Shown here: positions 1 to 10,200 of the stretch, in pieces
Layout: each line of letters opens with the position of its first letter
Numbering within the stretch: position 1 is the first letter of the stretch
DNA from: Candidatus Omnitrophota bacterium
GTDB taxonomy: Bacteria > Omnitrophota > Omnitrophia > Omnitrophales > JACROU01
Direction of reading: 5' to 3'
Length of the DNA stretch: 64,000 bases
Assembly: GCA_029261035.1 (NCBI GenBank)
Contig: JAJDCD010000010.1
Span: 14,612 to 78,611, forward strand
The notes under the pieces: generated by a model
The model's input: the letters and a program-made list of their open reading frames with translations, nothing else
Databases searched by the model: none
Told to the model about the DNA's origin: nothing
Translations under genes and position numbers: made by a program

Positions 1-344
1 AAAAATATCCAGCCGAGAATAAACATCATTCCACCCACCGGCGTAATCATTCCAAACTTTGTAATACCAGTTGCAACCAACAAATAGAGACTGCCCGAAA
101 ATAAAAGAACACCCCCTGAAAAACAACCTGCCGAAATCATCACAAGCTTTGAGCTTAATTTAAATGAAATCAAAACGACAAGCAACAAAGCCAATGTGTG
201 ATAAAACTGATATCGGACCCCCACTTCAAAGACACTAAGCATATCCGATGAAAGTCGATTTTTCAAGGCGTGCCCCCCAAAAGCGCCCAACACAACTCCA
301 AAAAAACCATAAACCGCCGCCAAACTCAAAAAAAATCTCTGCAT
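1..344 (-). CDS. DUF423 (YgdD/TMEM256) family small membrane protein, 3' end runs off the window
   Basis: Not in the ORF track. Manual translation from ATG at 344 gives MQRFFLSLAAVYGFFGVVLGAFGGHALK...FEVGVRYQFYHTLAL...LFSGSLY...GMITPVGG, matching the GAFGxH, YQxxH, FSGSLY and ITPxGG motifs of the family. AGGAG RBS at 350-354. Confidence 0.92.
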   Translation of the reverse strand, partial: MQRFFLSLAAVYGFFGVVLGAFGGHALKNRLSSDMLSVFEVGVRYQFYHTLALLLVVLISFKLSSKLVMISAGCFSGGVLLFSGSLYLLVATGITKFGMITPVGGMMFILGWIF

Positions 345-393
345 AAGAACTCCTAACCAATTTATCTGAAACAACTTAAAAACAAAACCCTCT

Positions 394-443
394 AAAGAGG
401 CCCGGGCCTCTTTTTTTCGAAAAAAACAGGCCCGGGCCTGTTT
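394..443. repeat. Two perfect 20-bp palindromes with core AGGCCCGGGCCT joined by palindromic T7-CG-A7
   Basis: aaagaggcccgggcctcttt (394-413) and aaacaggcccgggcctgttt (424-443); linker tttttttcgaaaaaaa (411-426). Located between divergent genes. Confidence 0.9.
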
Positions 444-473
444 GATGGACTTGGGTGGTATTATACTGCAATC

Positions 474-1175
474 ATGGATATAACCCAACGCTCTTTAGAG
501 CCTGAACTTATGGATATTGAAACTCGCAGTGATGAGGAGACATTTGAAGCTTATCGTTTCCTTACTCGTGTTAACCGCTATTTATTTGCAAGCCGAGTCA
601 TTTTCCATCACCTCAAACAATGGTCCAAACAATGGCCTAAAGATAAAACCATTCGAATCTTGGATATTGCCTCAGGTGCTTGCGATATACCTAAAGAAAT
701 TATTCGATGGGCTAAAAAGAAAAATTTTAAAGTTGAGTTAATCGCTCTTGATTTGAGTCAACAGGCATTAAGCTTTGGTCAACAAACCTATAAAGAATAC
801 CCTGAAATAAAATTTATTCAGGCTAATTGTTTTCAAATCCCAATTAAAAAAGTGGATTATGTAATTTCTTCTGCTTTTTTTCATCATCTAGATAATCAAA
901 GTATTATTCAGGCTCTTAAACATTTTAATACAATTGCTCAAAAAGGCCTTATTATCAGTGATCTCCAACGGAGCAAAAGAGCCTATTGCTGGATTCGCTT
1001 ATTCTCCTTATTAACAAAAAATGAACTCGTTCGATACGATGGTCCTCTTTCGGTTTTAAAAGCTTTAAAATTAGAAGAAGCCAAAGACCTCGTTACACAA
1101 TCTTCTTTAGATTATCTTCACGTAAGAACTCATTTTGGACATCGACTTTCTTTGGCAGGAGTAAAAAAGGAGTAA
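474..1175 (+). CDS. Class I SAM-dependent methyltransferase
   Basis: 233 aa; motif I ILDIASGACD, ALDLS, DYVISSAFFHHL, ISDLQR; N-terminal RSLEPELMD typical of this subfamily. Confidence 0.88.
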   Translation: MDITQRSLEPELMDIETRSDEETFEAYRFLTRVNRYLFASRVIFHHLKQWSKQWPKDKTIRILDIASGACDIPKEIIRWAKKKNFKVELIALDLSQQALSFGQQTYKEYPEIKFIQANCFQIPIKKVDYVISSAFFHHLDNQSIIQALKHFNTIAQKGLIISDLQRSKRAYCWIRLFSLLTKNELVRYDGPLSVLKALKLEEAKDLVTQSSLDYLHVRTHFGHRLSLAGVKKE

Positions 1176-1190
1176 AAAAGGAGTAAAAAA
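1158..1190 (+). repeat. 3 x 11-bp tandem repeat GGAGTAAAAAA overlapping the methyltransferase stop codon
   Basis: Exact copies at 1158-1168, 1169-1179 and 1180-1190. Confidence 0.9.
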
Positions 1191-1222
1191 GGGACAGTCC
1201 CCTTTGGGGACAGTCCCTTTTT
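1186..1222. terminator. Bidirectional intrinsic terminator built from a GGGACAGTCCC doublet (REP-like)
   Basis: aaaaagggacagtcccc-ttt-ggggacagtcccttttt: GC stem with one mismatch, A-tract on the left and T-tract on the right, between convergent stop codons. Confidence 0.75.
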
Positions 1223-1225
1223 GCG

Positions 1226-3838
1226 TTATGCTTCTAGTAGTTGTTCTTTGGCTTGCTTAAACAAGAATTCTTTTTTGCTTTTAGAATAACCGACCTGAAT
1301 CTGAGAGCCTTCCGTAATTTCACCTTTTAGCAATTTCAAAGCTAACACATCTTGAATTTGTTTTTGAATTAATCGCCTTAAAGGACGGGCTCCATAATCA
1401 GAGTCAAAACCAATTTCAGACAATGCCTTTTTAGCTTCAGTACTCACTTCAATTTCGATATTCTTATCACGAAGCTTGGAAGCAATATCCTTCAACTGCA
1501 AATCAACAATTTGAACCATATTTTCCTGAGTTAATTTATTAAAACAAATAACTTCATCCAAACGGTTGATCAACTCAGGTCTAAAAAACTTCTTCAACTC
1601 TTCTTGAACCCGAAGATCCATCTCTTCTTTCTTTAACGATTCCTCCTGAAACAAATGGCTGCCAATATTCGAGGTCATAATAACAACTGTATTTTTAAAA
1701 CTGACCACATGACCTTGACCATCTGTCAATCGTCCATCTTCTAGAATCTGAAGCAAGATATGAGATACATCTGGATGTGCTTTTTCAATCTCATCGAGCA
1801 AAATTACAGCATAGGGACGCCTTCGAATCCTCTCCGTTAACTGACCTCCCTCCTCATAACCTACGTATCCTGGAGGAGCTCCCATCAATCGACTCACAGA
1901 ATGTTTCTCCATATACTCCGACATATCAATACGCACAAGCGCATCTTCATCATCAAAGAGAAATCCCGCTAGCTTCTTAGCTAAATACGTTTTCCCAACA
2001 CCCGTGGATCCTAGAAAAATGAATGATCCCATAGGACGATTTTGATCTGAAAGACCCGAACGAGATCTGCGAACTGCATTCGAAATCATTTCTACAGCTT
2101 GATTTTGCCCAACAATATCTTCTGTGAGACGATCTTCCATATGAACCAGCTTTTCCACCTCACCTTCGGCTAAACGATTAACGGGAATTCCTGTCCATTT
2201 AGAAACAATCTCTGCAATATCCGATTCATCCACTTCTTCTTTCAACATCTTTTCCTTTACCTGAACCTTCTTCAACTCTTTTTCTTTATCTTTGAGCTCC
2301 GCGTCTAATTCCAGAAGTCTTCCATATTTAATTTCTGCAACTTTATCCCAATTAGACACCCTTTCAAATTGCGCTTCTTGAAATTTTGCTTCTTCCATCT
2401 TCTCCTTTATCTGAGTCATTTGATCAATAATATCTTTCTCATTCTTCCAATGAATTTTTCTCTCCTTTAATTTTTCTTTTATCTCAGAAAGCTCCTGCTC
2501 CAACTTGCCTAATTTTTCTTTAGAAGAATCACTTTTTTCTCGTTTCAAAGCTTGTCGTTCAATTTCAAACTGCATCACCTTACGTTCTAATTCATCAATT
2601 TCAGTTGGTAAACTATCCATTTCAATTCTCAGCTTTGCTGCAGCTTCATCAATTAAATCAATCGCTTTATCCGGCAAAAAACGTTCTGCAATATAACGCT
2701 GAGAGAGAGTAGCCGCAGCAATCAGTGCTTCATCGTTAATTTTTATGCCGTGATACAATTCATAGCGTTCTTTCAGACCTCTAAGAATGGCAATCGTATC
2801 CTCTGTGCTGGGTTCTCCAATAAAAATTTGCTGAAAACGCCGCTCCAACGCTTTGTCTTTCTCAACATATTTTCGATATTCATCCAATGTTGTAGCTCCA
2901 ATACATCGTAATTGGCCTCGAGCTAACGCAGGCTTCAACAAATTAGAGGCATCCACAGCACCTTCAGCCGCTCCAGCTCCAACTAAAGTGTGAAGCTCAT
3001 CAATAAACAAAACAATTTGACCATCTTTAGATTCTATTTCTTTGAGCACTGCTTTTAAGCGCTCTTCAAACTCCCCTCTAAATTTAGCCCCTGCTAAAAG
3101 CGAACCTAAATCAAGCCCAATAATTTTTTTGTCCTTCAATGTTTGAGGAACATCCCCGCTAACAATACGCTGAGCCAACCCTTCAGCAATTGCCGTTTTT
3201 CCTGTCCCCGGATCTCCGATAAGAACAGGATTGTTTTTGGTACGGCGAGACAATACCTGAATGGCTCGACGAATTTCATCATCCCGTCCAATAACAGGGT
3301 CTAGCTTTCCTTCAGCCGCTAATTGGGTTAAATCTCTACCATATTTCTCTAGGGCTTTATATTTTTGTTCTGGATTTTGATCGGTTACGTTATTCATCCC
3401 TCTGACCTCCTGTAAAATAGAATTTAATTTTTCTTTTGTAATTCCGAACTGCAATAAAATTTGCTTCACTTTCTGCTGTTGTGTTTGTGCAATTGATAAC
3501 AATAAGTGTTCTACACTAATATATTCATCCCCTAATTGTTGCGCTTCTTTAAAAGAAAGATCTAGAAGCTGTTTTAAATCATTGGATAAATACTCTTGCC
3601 CTTCAACTCCTTTAATTTTGGGTTTAGATTTAATTAAGTTATTCAATTCTACTTCTAAGGCTGCAACATCCACAGAAATATGCTGCATCATTTCACGAAC
3701 AATGCTTTCTTCAACAGAAAGAAGCCCTAAAAATAAGTGCTCCACATCTACTTCTTGATGCTGTTCTTTTTTTGCTAACTGAACAGCAAACTCCAACGCT
3801 TCCTGAGATTTTAAGGTTAATTTCTCAAATGAGAACAT
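1226..3838 (-). CDS. clpB: ATP-dependent chaperone/disaggregase ClpB
   Basis: 870 aa; Clp-N repeats, NBD1 ([28 protein letters not shown]), long coiled-coil M domain, NBD2 ([54 protein letters not shown]); GGAGG RBS at 3846-3850. Confidence 0.97.
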   Translation of the reverse strand: MFSFEKLTLKSQEALEFAVQLAKKEQHQEVDVEHLFLGLLSVEESIVREMMQHISVDVAALEVELNNLIKSKPKIKGVEGQEYLSNDLKQLLDLSFKEAQQLGDEYISVEHLLLSIAQTQQQKVKQILLQFGITKEKLNSILQEVRGMNNVTDQNPEQKYKALEKYGRDLTQLAAEGKLDPVIGRDDEIRRAIQVLSRRTKNNPVLIGDPGTGKTAIAEGLAQRIVSGDVPQTLKDKKIIGLDLGSLLAGAKFRGEFEERLKAVLKEIESKDGQIVLFIDELHTLVGAGAAEGAVDASNLLKPALARGQLRCIGATTLDEYRKYVEKDKALERRFQQIFIGEPSTEDTIAILRGLKERYELYHGIKINDEALIAAATLSQRYIAERFLPDKAIDLIDEAAAKLRIEMDSLPTEIDELERKVMQFEIERQALKREKSDSSKEKLGKLEQELSEIKEKLKERKIHWKNEKDIIDQMTQIKEKMEEAKFQEAQFERVSNWDKVAEIKYGRLLELDAELKDKEKELKKVQVKEKMLKEEVDESDIAEIVSKWTGIPVNRLAEGEVEKLVHMEDRLTEDIVGQNQAVEMISNAVRRSRSGLSDQNRPMGSFIFLGSTGVGKTYLAKKLAGFLFDDEDALVRIDMSEYMEKHSVSRLMGAPPGYVGYEEGGQLTERIRRRPYAVILLDEIEKAHPDVSHILLQILEDGRLTDGQGHVVSFKNTVVIMTSNIGSHLFQEESLKKEEMDLRVQEELKKFFRPELINRLDEVICFNKLTQENMVQIVDLQLKDIASKLRDKNIEIEVSTEAKKALSEIGFDSDYGARPLRRLIQKQIQDVLALKLLKGEITEGSQIQVGYSKSKKEFLFKQAKEQLLEA

Positions 3839-3876
3839 AGTGACACCTCCATAACATACAAAACTACCTATATACC

Positions 3877-3992
3877 TACATATATGATGCCAATATTGAT
3901 TTAAGATTCAATATATGTAAGTTATTTAATTATAATGATTTATGATATTTTTTAAAAAAGGAGAAATGATCGGTGTGTATCAAATTGTCTCA
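3877..3992 (-). promoter_or_regulatory. Possible sigma54-type promoter region for clpB
   Basis: Minus strand TTGGCATCATATATGTA (GG-N10-GT, imperfect -24/-12) at 3877-3893; AT-rich IHF-like tract ~3917-3942; imperfect dyad tgtatcaaattgtctca ~3976-3992. The -12 element is non-canonical. Confidence 0.3.
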
Positions 3993-4027
3993 GTTGGTGC
4001 CGTTTAGATCCATGTATTTTGTATTTT

Positions 4028-4054
4028 GGGACAGTCCCCTTTGGGGACAGTCCC
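4028..4054. repeat. GGGACAGTCCC doublet, 27 bp identical to 1191-1217
   Basis: gggacagtcccctttggggacagtccc in both places; followed here by (ccgggtata)x2. Confidence 0.9.
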
Positions 4055-4073
4055 GGGTATACCGGGTATATAT

Positions 4074-4107
4074 AAAAAAAGGGCTACCTGTTTTAAGGGT
4101 AGCCCTT
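4074..4107 (-). terminator. Intrinsic terminator of the giant gene
   Basis: Minus-strand RNA AAGGGCUACC-CUUAAAACA-GGUAGCCCUU followed by a U tract. Confidence 0.8.
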
Positions 4108-4262
4108 GAACCCCAAAGAGAAGCTGGGGTTTAGTCCAATAAGGTGACCCAACCTTACTGGACATCTGAATAAGTTAAAATTTGAAAGTAAAAATTAAAA
4201 AATAGGGTGCAAGTTCAAATATTTGAACTTGCTCATTAATTTTGACTTTTTCCTTTTAACTT
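4108..4262 (-). other. Structured 3' UTR: three further stem-loops upstream of the terminator
   Basis: Long interrupted inverted repeat 4172-4262 capped by a perfect 24-bp palindrome (4209-4232); hairpins at 4134-4163 and 4109-4131 whose mismatches become G-U pairs on the minus strand. Confidence 0.65.
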
Positions 4263-4273
4263 TTAAACCTTTC

Positions 4274-7200
4274 TTATGCGGCTTGTGCGACCTGTCTTGC
4301 TGCTAGTTCTTGTGATAACAGCTTATCAAGTAACTGTCGTACAGAAGCAACGTTGAAGAAGAACCGGTCTTCTTCACGGGCTAATCCGCGAGATACAAGC
4401 TCGTTAGCTACCGCTTCACCATAGCGTGCAATTTCACGGCCTGTTCGGAGAACCACAGGTTTAACCCAATCATAGCGGTCCAGAGCCTGTTTATCGTAAA
4501 CCACGTGGTAAACTCCTTTAGCACCTGTTACTCGATCACTTAAGTCGGTTTCTTCATTTGAAACAACTGTCATTGCTTTATTTGTATATTCTGGTTGTTG
4601 TCTCAAGTCGGTCACAATTCGGTTCAAGCTTAAACCTTGATCTGTGATCAAGATTACTTGCCCTCTAACACTCTCTGGAATAGAGATAGCTACATCTTCA
4701 GGAACATTAGCTATAACGAGTTGATGATTCTGGGTTCCAGAGAAGTAATTGATAAAGGCATCATCTTCATCTGGTGTTCCAATAAATGGCAAGTAAACTC
4801 CTGTGTTCCAATCTACAACCTGAACCGAAGGTGCTGGGGAAGCTCCAGAACCTACAATCATTTTATCCAAAGCTTCATTAAATCCAGTCGAAACGAGATC
4901 TGCCGCTGCTCGAACATCGCCCAACTGTGTTTGTAATTGTGTTAAAGCAAACTGCCCTTTTAAACCTTGTATAGAATCTAAAGCAGACAACAATGCACTT
5001 TGTTGAGAATCTGTCAAAGGAGCTTTTGCTACAGGAACACCTAAACTCTCAGCTGTAATTTCTGGAACAATTTTTTCTTTAACAGGTTTTTCACCTAAAG
5101 AAGATCCATAAATATCTTTTTCTTTAAGCGTATACAATTGAGCTATGCGTAGTTTATCTGCCTTTGAAACTAAATTATAACGTTTTCTTGGTAAACCAAA
5201 ACGTTGAACTGATTCACTTCTACCTGTCTTCTCAAAAACTTTTTTCAAGTATCCCGATTTGTCTCTTTTAGTAAAATCAGAATCCGTCCATTTTTTGACA
5301 TCAATTCTTCTTTTACTGATTTGAAAAACCGAAAGAATCACTGAGCCAGCACCGAACACAACATAACCCAAGACAGGAATCAACGTTAATGTTGGCATAA
5401 TTAAACTAACAGCTGCCAGGATAAGGCTGAACGAGCCTAATCCAAATAAAAGATGATACCCGTATTGCGTCATAAAGGCTTGCTGGCCTTGTCTGCGAGA
5501 GATTTCACCAAGCAATTGGATCAAATCATCGTTATAATGAACTCCTTCAAAATTTCGAAGGTACGTAATATAAAGAAGTGTTTGTTCTCTATCATTCAAT
5601 GCAAAATTATTCTTACTTCCATAATTGACAATACGTTGAACAACTTCATCTCTCATACCTGAAGTCCAAGCCCCTCTTTCCTCTTCCTGTTGTCTTAACC
5701 AGTACATAAATTCTTTCATAGCACCTTGATAACGCGCTTCTTCGTAAGATTCCCCTCTTCCAAACGAAGCCATAAACCAAGCAATTAAAGGTCCAAAAAT
5801 AAAGGAGTAAAGAATAATACCCCCAATAAAAATAAAGAGTGGGTCAATCAAACCAAGCATAACACCTGAAGCTATGATTAAACCAATATAAAGAACATTA
5901 ATCAGCTTCGCTTCACCCACTTCAAATTTATACGCATCCATCGGACTCAAACCTTTTTCCAACTGTTCTGCAACAGTCGCACTGGTAATCCACTTAAAGC
6001 CGATACCATAAAATGCTGCATGAATCGTTTCTTTAACAAAGTCAATTGAGATACGAATATTAATCAAAAGAATCGAAGTTGAAACAAACGTTTGGAATAT
6101 AGAGTCCTTCACAATTTGTTTTAAATCTCGCCCTAACTTAAACGTATTAAAGAAAAACAAGGCTCCCAATATCCACAAAAGATACGGTTTTACAAATTGA
6201 GAAAATAAATCCATCATCACCACGAGGGATTCTGCCGATTGATACTGAGATAAAAATGTATTAAATTCTGTCACCCAAACATTAAGAAAATTAATACTTT
6301 GAGAAGGGAGCGCTACATAAAAGACAAACAAAGCTCCTAAACCATAAAAAAGGTAGGATTTAAAACGATTAACATAATAATCTGGGTCTCCTAAACCTCT
6401 AAAGGTAAATTTTTCTACAATTTCATGTCTCCACCAAGTAACCCTATCGTGCTGCCCTAATCTATGTCCTATATGATACTCATTCCCTTCGTTGTCTGTA
6501 GCATAAAGACTAGACCAATTCAAAGGAACCCACCCCCACAACCCTTTACTTGGATGAACAATACTCACAGGCATCTGAGAAGACATCCCTTCCCAAATAC
6601 GTGCCATTGCAGGTTTAATAATTTGAGGCACTGCGATCATACCGGCCATAATACTTCCAAAAAGCACATACCCAATATAACGCGCTTTAGCAATCAACAA
6701 ACCTGGAATATTGGCAAACACCAAACCAAAAATCAGCCAGAGACCAAAGATTGATTCTCCCAAGAATCCATATAAAATGGTAGATAATTGAGGTGCAATT
6801 CCTCGAGGCAAATCACTCGGTTTTGCCAATCGTTCCCAAGCATCTTTAAATGTAAAAAGTCGAGGTTCTGCACGGAAAATACGGCCTAAATGTAGGGCAT
6901 GACTCATACGCCACAAAGTACCAACAAAACGATGCTCCTCAATTAATTGTGCTAAGTCACCTGTATCCCAACGAACCTTACGAGGCAATGCAAAGAAATA
7001 ACTATGCGGCAAAATCTCTAAAATAATATCTTTAAAATTAAACAGATCTATGCCTAAAATATGCATTAAGAAAGAAACATCTCCCAATTCTTCTTTTGTG
7101 AACCACTCTGACTCTGGTTTCGGTTCCCAAACAGCTCCATCATTTTGACGAGACCATAAATCTACATCTACCGGCTTCACCACACCTCGGTTAATAAAAT

Positions 7201-10200
7201 CATTCTCTATTGCTCTTTCTTTTAAGATTTTACGCGCTTTAGAACCATCTACTTGAGCTTCACGGAATAAACGAAATGCCATTGGAATCATGTAGTACTT
7301 ACGAATATATTCTCTCAACTGTGGGTTTCTCATATAATCAACCCAACGTTTTCTCCAAAAAATACGTCCTCCCCCACGGAAACCTTCTTGAATATCATGA
7401 CTAATAAAGTGTGCTGGAACCAACTCTTTAAAAATTACTTCTCCCATATAAAAAGGTGTGAAGACCATTTTTCCAAATGCAGGTGCTTTTGGTTCTTTTG
7501 GCGTACTTTGAATCCCTGTTTGAACCAATAACAAATGCCCTAATTGCCTCAATGCTTTCGATTCAAAACGAGAGTGGGTTGAAGTATGCGAATCTTCTTC
7601 TAATGGAGACGATTGATTATCATATGAAATTTGAGGCTGATGTACAGAAACTATATGTTTTGCCTTCATAGCAGCTATTGCATGCGCATAAACTTCTTTA
7701 GCTGCTCCAAACGTATAAGGATTCTTATTATCCCCTTGTAATTTAAATTCTATTTTATGATCAGGTTCAATAGGTGTTCCGTATTGATCTTTAATTCGCT
7801 CACCATTAAAATTAAAGTAATCCAAGTCTGGCATTTCATATTCACTCTCTTCGCCCTTAACTTTATCTAAAGTTTGAATGTCATCTGAGGAGATCAATTC
7901 TTTTTTCACAATACGAATTTGGCCCTGATCATCTACTTCAATCGTATCAAACTGAATATTTCCATCATTATCAATATGAAGCCGAGGATCATTTAAAACA
8001 TCTTTTGAATTTAACATCCACCCTTCTTCATATTGACTTCCATCCCAATAGTAAATCTTACGAAGCGTTGATTCTCCTCGTTCATTTTCAAAAGGTTTGA
8101 CATCAATGTCTTTTTTCAATAGATAACTTTTTTCACGGCCTGTTTTTCCAATATGCAATCCGGCAACATCCGCAAAAACACCTGTTCTGACAAGTTCCGC
8201 TTCTTCCTCAGTGATATCCCCACTTTTTAACATTTCATCAATAAAGCTTGGGTCTTTAAAACCAAAATAACGATCAAATGGATTTCTTCGTTTATTCACT
8301 CCTGTAAAATAACCTCTCACAACACGTTGAACTTTGATTCCATCGAGAGTATCTGTTGCTGTCACCCACTGATCATTTTCATCGATTAAAATCTGGCCAT
8401 GCTCTGAAGTGGTACTCGCATTCATGGAGAAGTCCGTCAATGTTCTTGCTAGAATAGGAACATCTGGGTCTTTTTGAGTCAATTGAAAATCAGGGATTAT
8501 CTTTTCTTTTCCACCCTGATCTTTTTTGAGTGTTCTAAAATCACTCACCTTTTCTAAGGTGACTATCTGATCAGGATCCGATATTAATTCAGCACCCTCA
8601 TAAGATAAAGCTCCTGTCACCTCACCAACGGTATAACCGTCTCGACTATAAACCAACAATGCTTCACGGTAATCATCCGTCACCGCAACATGACTTGTTT
8701 GATTTTGAGCAAGTATATAATTACCATCACTCGTTGCATAATCTATGGAGTCTCTAGCCACATCCTCTTTGCTCTTCAAACCTTCATAGTCCACATCTAA
8801 CTCAATAACAACTCCATCTTTGTCAAAAGTTAACTTACCGTTATTAACTTCAAAACCATCTTTTTGGTGAACCAAAATGCCCGAAACCAAATTGCCCCCT
8901 TCCATATAATAAACATTTTGATAAAACTGCTCTCCACGATCACCTTGAAGTTGGGTTACATCCACAGGACCTTTAATTAAGTAACTGTTTGCATTTGCAT
9001 TGTAGTGAACCTCAGTAGCATGTTCTTCCATAGCTGCTTTTGCAATCGCATCCGCACCTTTAATCAAATATCCTTTTTGTTTTTTGAAGACATTGGCCTC
9101 TCGCTCAATTTCATCCACAACAACAGCGGTACCTTGTTCTGCAGCTTTTAATCGGGCAGCATTCTGAATATCTTGTTTATTGGCAATGCGAACCCCTCGA
9201 ATTGGGTCTGCTTCGATATTTTCTCTAATCGTAAAAGTTCCGTCCATTTCACGCTTAATCGCACCTTGGTTACTGGCAAGACCATGAACTTTTAATATAA
9301 CTGTTTGTCCAGGCTGTATTTCATCTAAGGTAATATTTCTACTCACCCTTCTTTTTTTGGATCCTTTTTTGCTCAACCTTGAGAAAAACCCTTCTTGAGA
9401 GAGAAAAGAATATTTTCCATATTCTAAAGCTTCTCCGAAAAGTTGAATCCTTCCATAATCACTATCGATTAAATCTCCTTCAACCAAAATCTGTTTTCCA
9501 TCTTTTGTTGCCATGTCTCCACGAGAAATATCAATTTCAGGCTCTTCATAGAGAACCGCTCTTTTTTCTTTTTTCAAAGCCTTTCCATGTTTCTTTAGTG
9601 GCTGTTCCATAACCACAAAAGTTTTAGCACGTTTTACTGATTTTTTTGTTTGCCTGTTATTTTCTGTTACAGTAGCAGATCTACGAGTTAAAACACCAAA
9701 GCCAGGACGACTCATAGAAAAAACAGATTCTTCAGATTTTGCACGATAAAGAATCTCTTTCTTATTCAACTTATATTTTTTTCTAGGAATAACAACGCTA
9801 CCTGTTGCGTCTAGTAAATTTCCTTTTTCATCTAAGTAATACACTTTTTTTACAACTTCATTTGTATTTGGATCTAATCGTTTTAAGATCACTTCCTGCT
9901 CAAAAACAAGGTCTGCTGTTAATGGCATTCTTCGGCCTTGATTATCATAAACAACTTCGTCTTTACGCGTTCTGAGCGTACCATCATCATTCCACCATAC
10001 CCATTGATCTTTTCTTAATATTGGCTTAGAGCTCGATGGTTTTGAACCTGGCTCATAAACATCTCCCTTAAACACAGGGTATCTTCTTTCAATCATTTGA
10101 CCTGGGTTTTTAGGATCTTCTGCCATACCCACAATAAAACGTTCCGTTTTAACTTGCTGAACATCCCACTCTTGCTTACTATTATCTGGACGTGTGATTT

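Noticed and set aside
517-2696. Short ORFs 517-741, 1777-1980 and 2505-2696
   Set aside because: Fully nested in the methyltransferase or clpB genes; no independent support.
3839-4030. CIRCE or CtsR heat-shock operator upstream of clpB
   Set aside because: No TTAGCACTC-N9-GAGTGCTAA or GTCAAA direct-repeat match seen.
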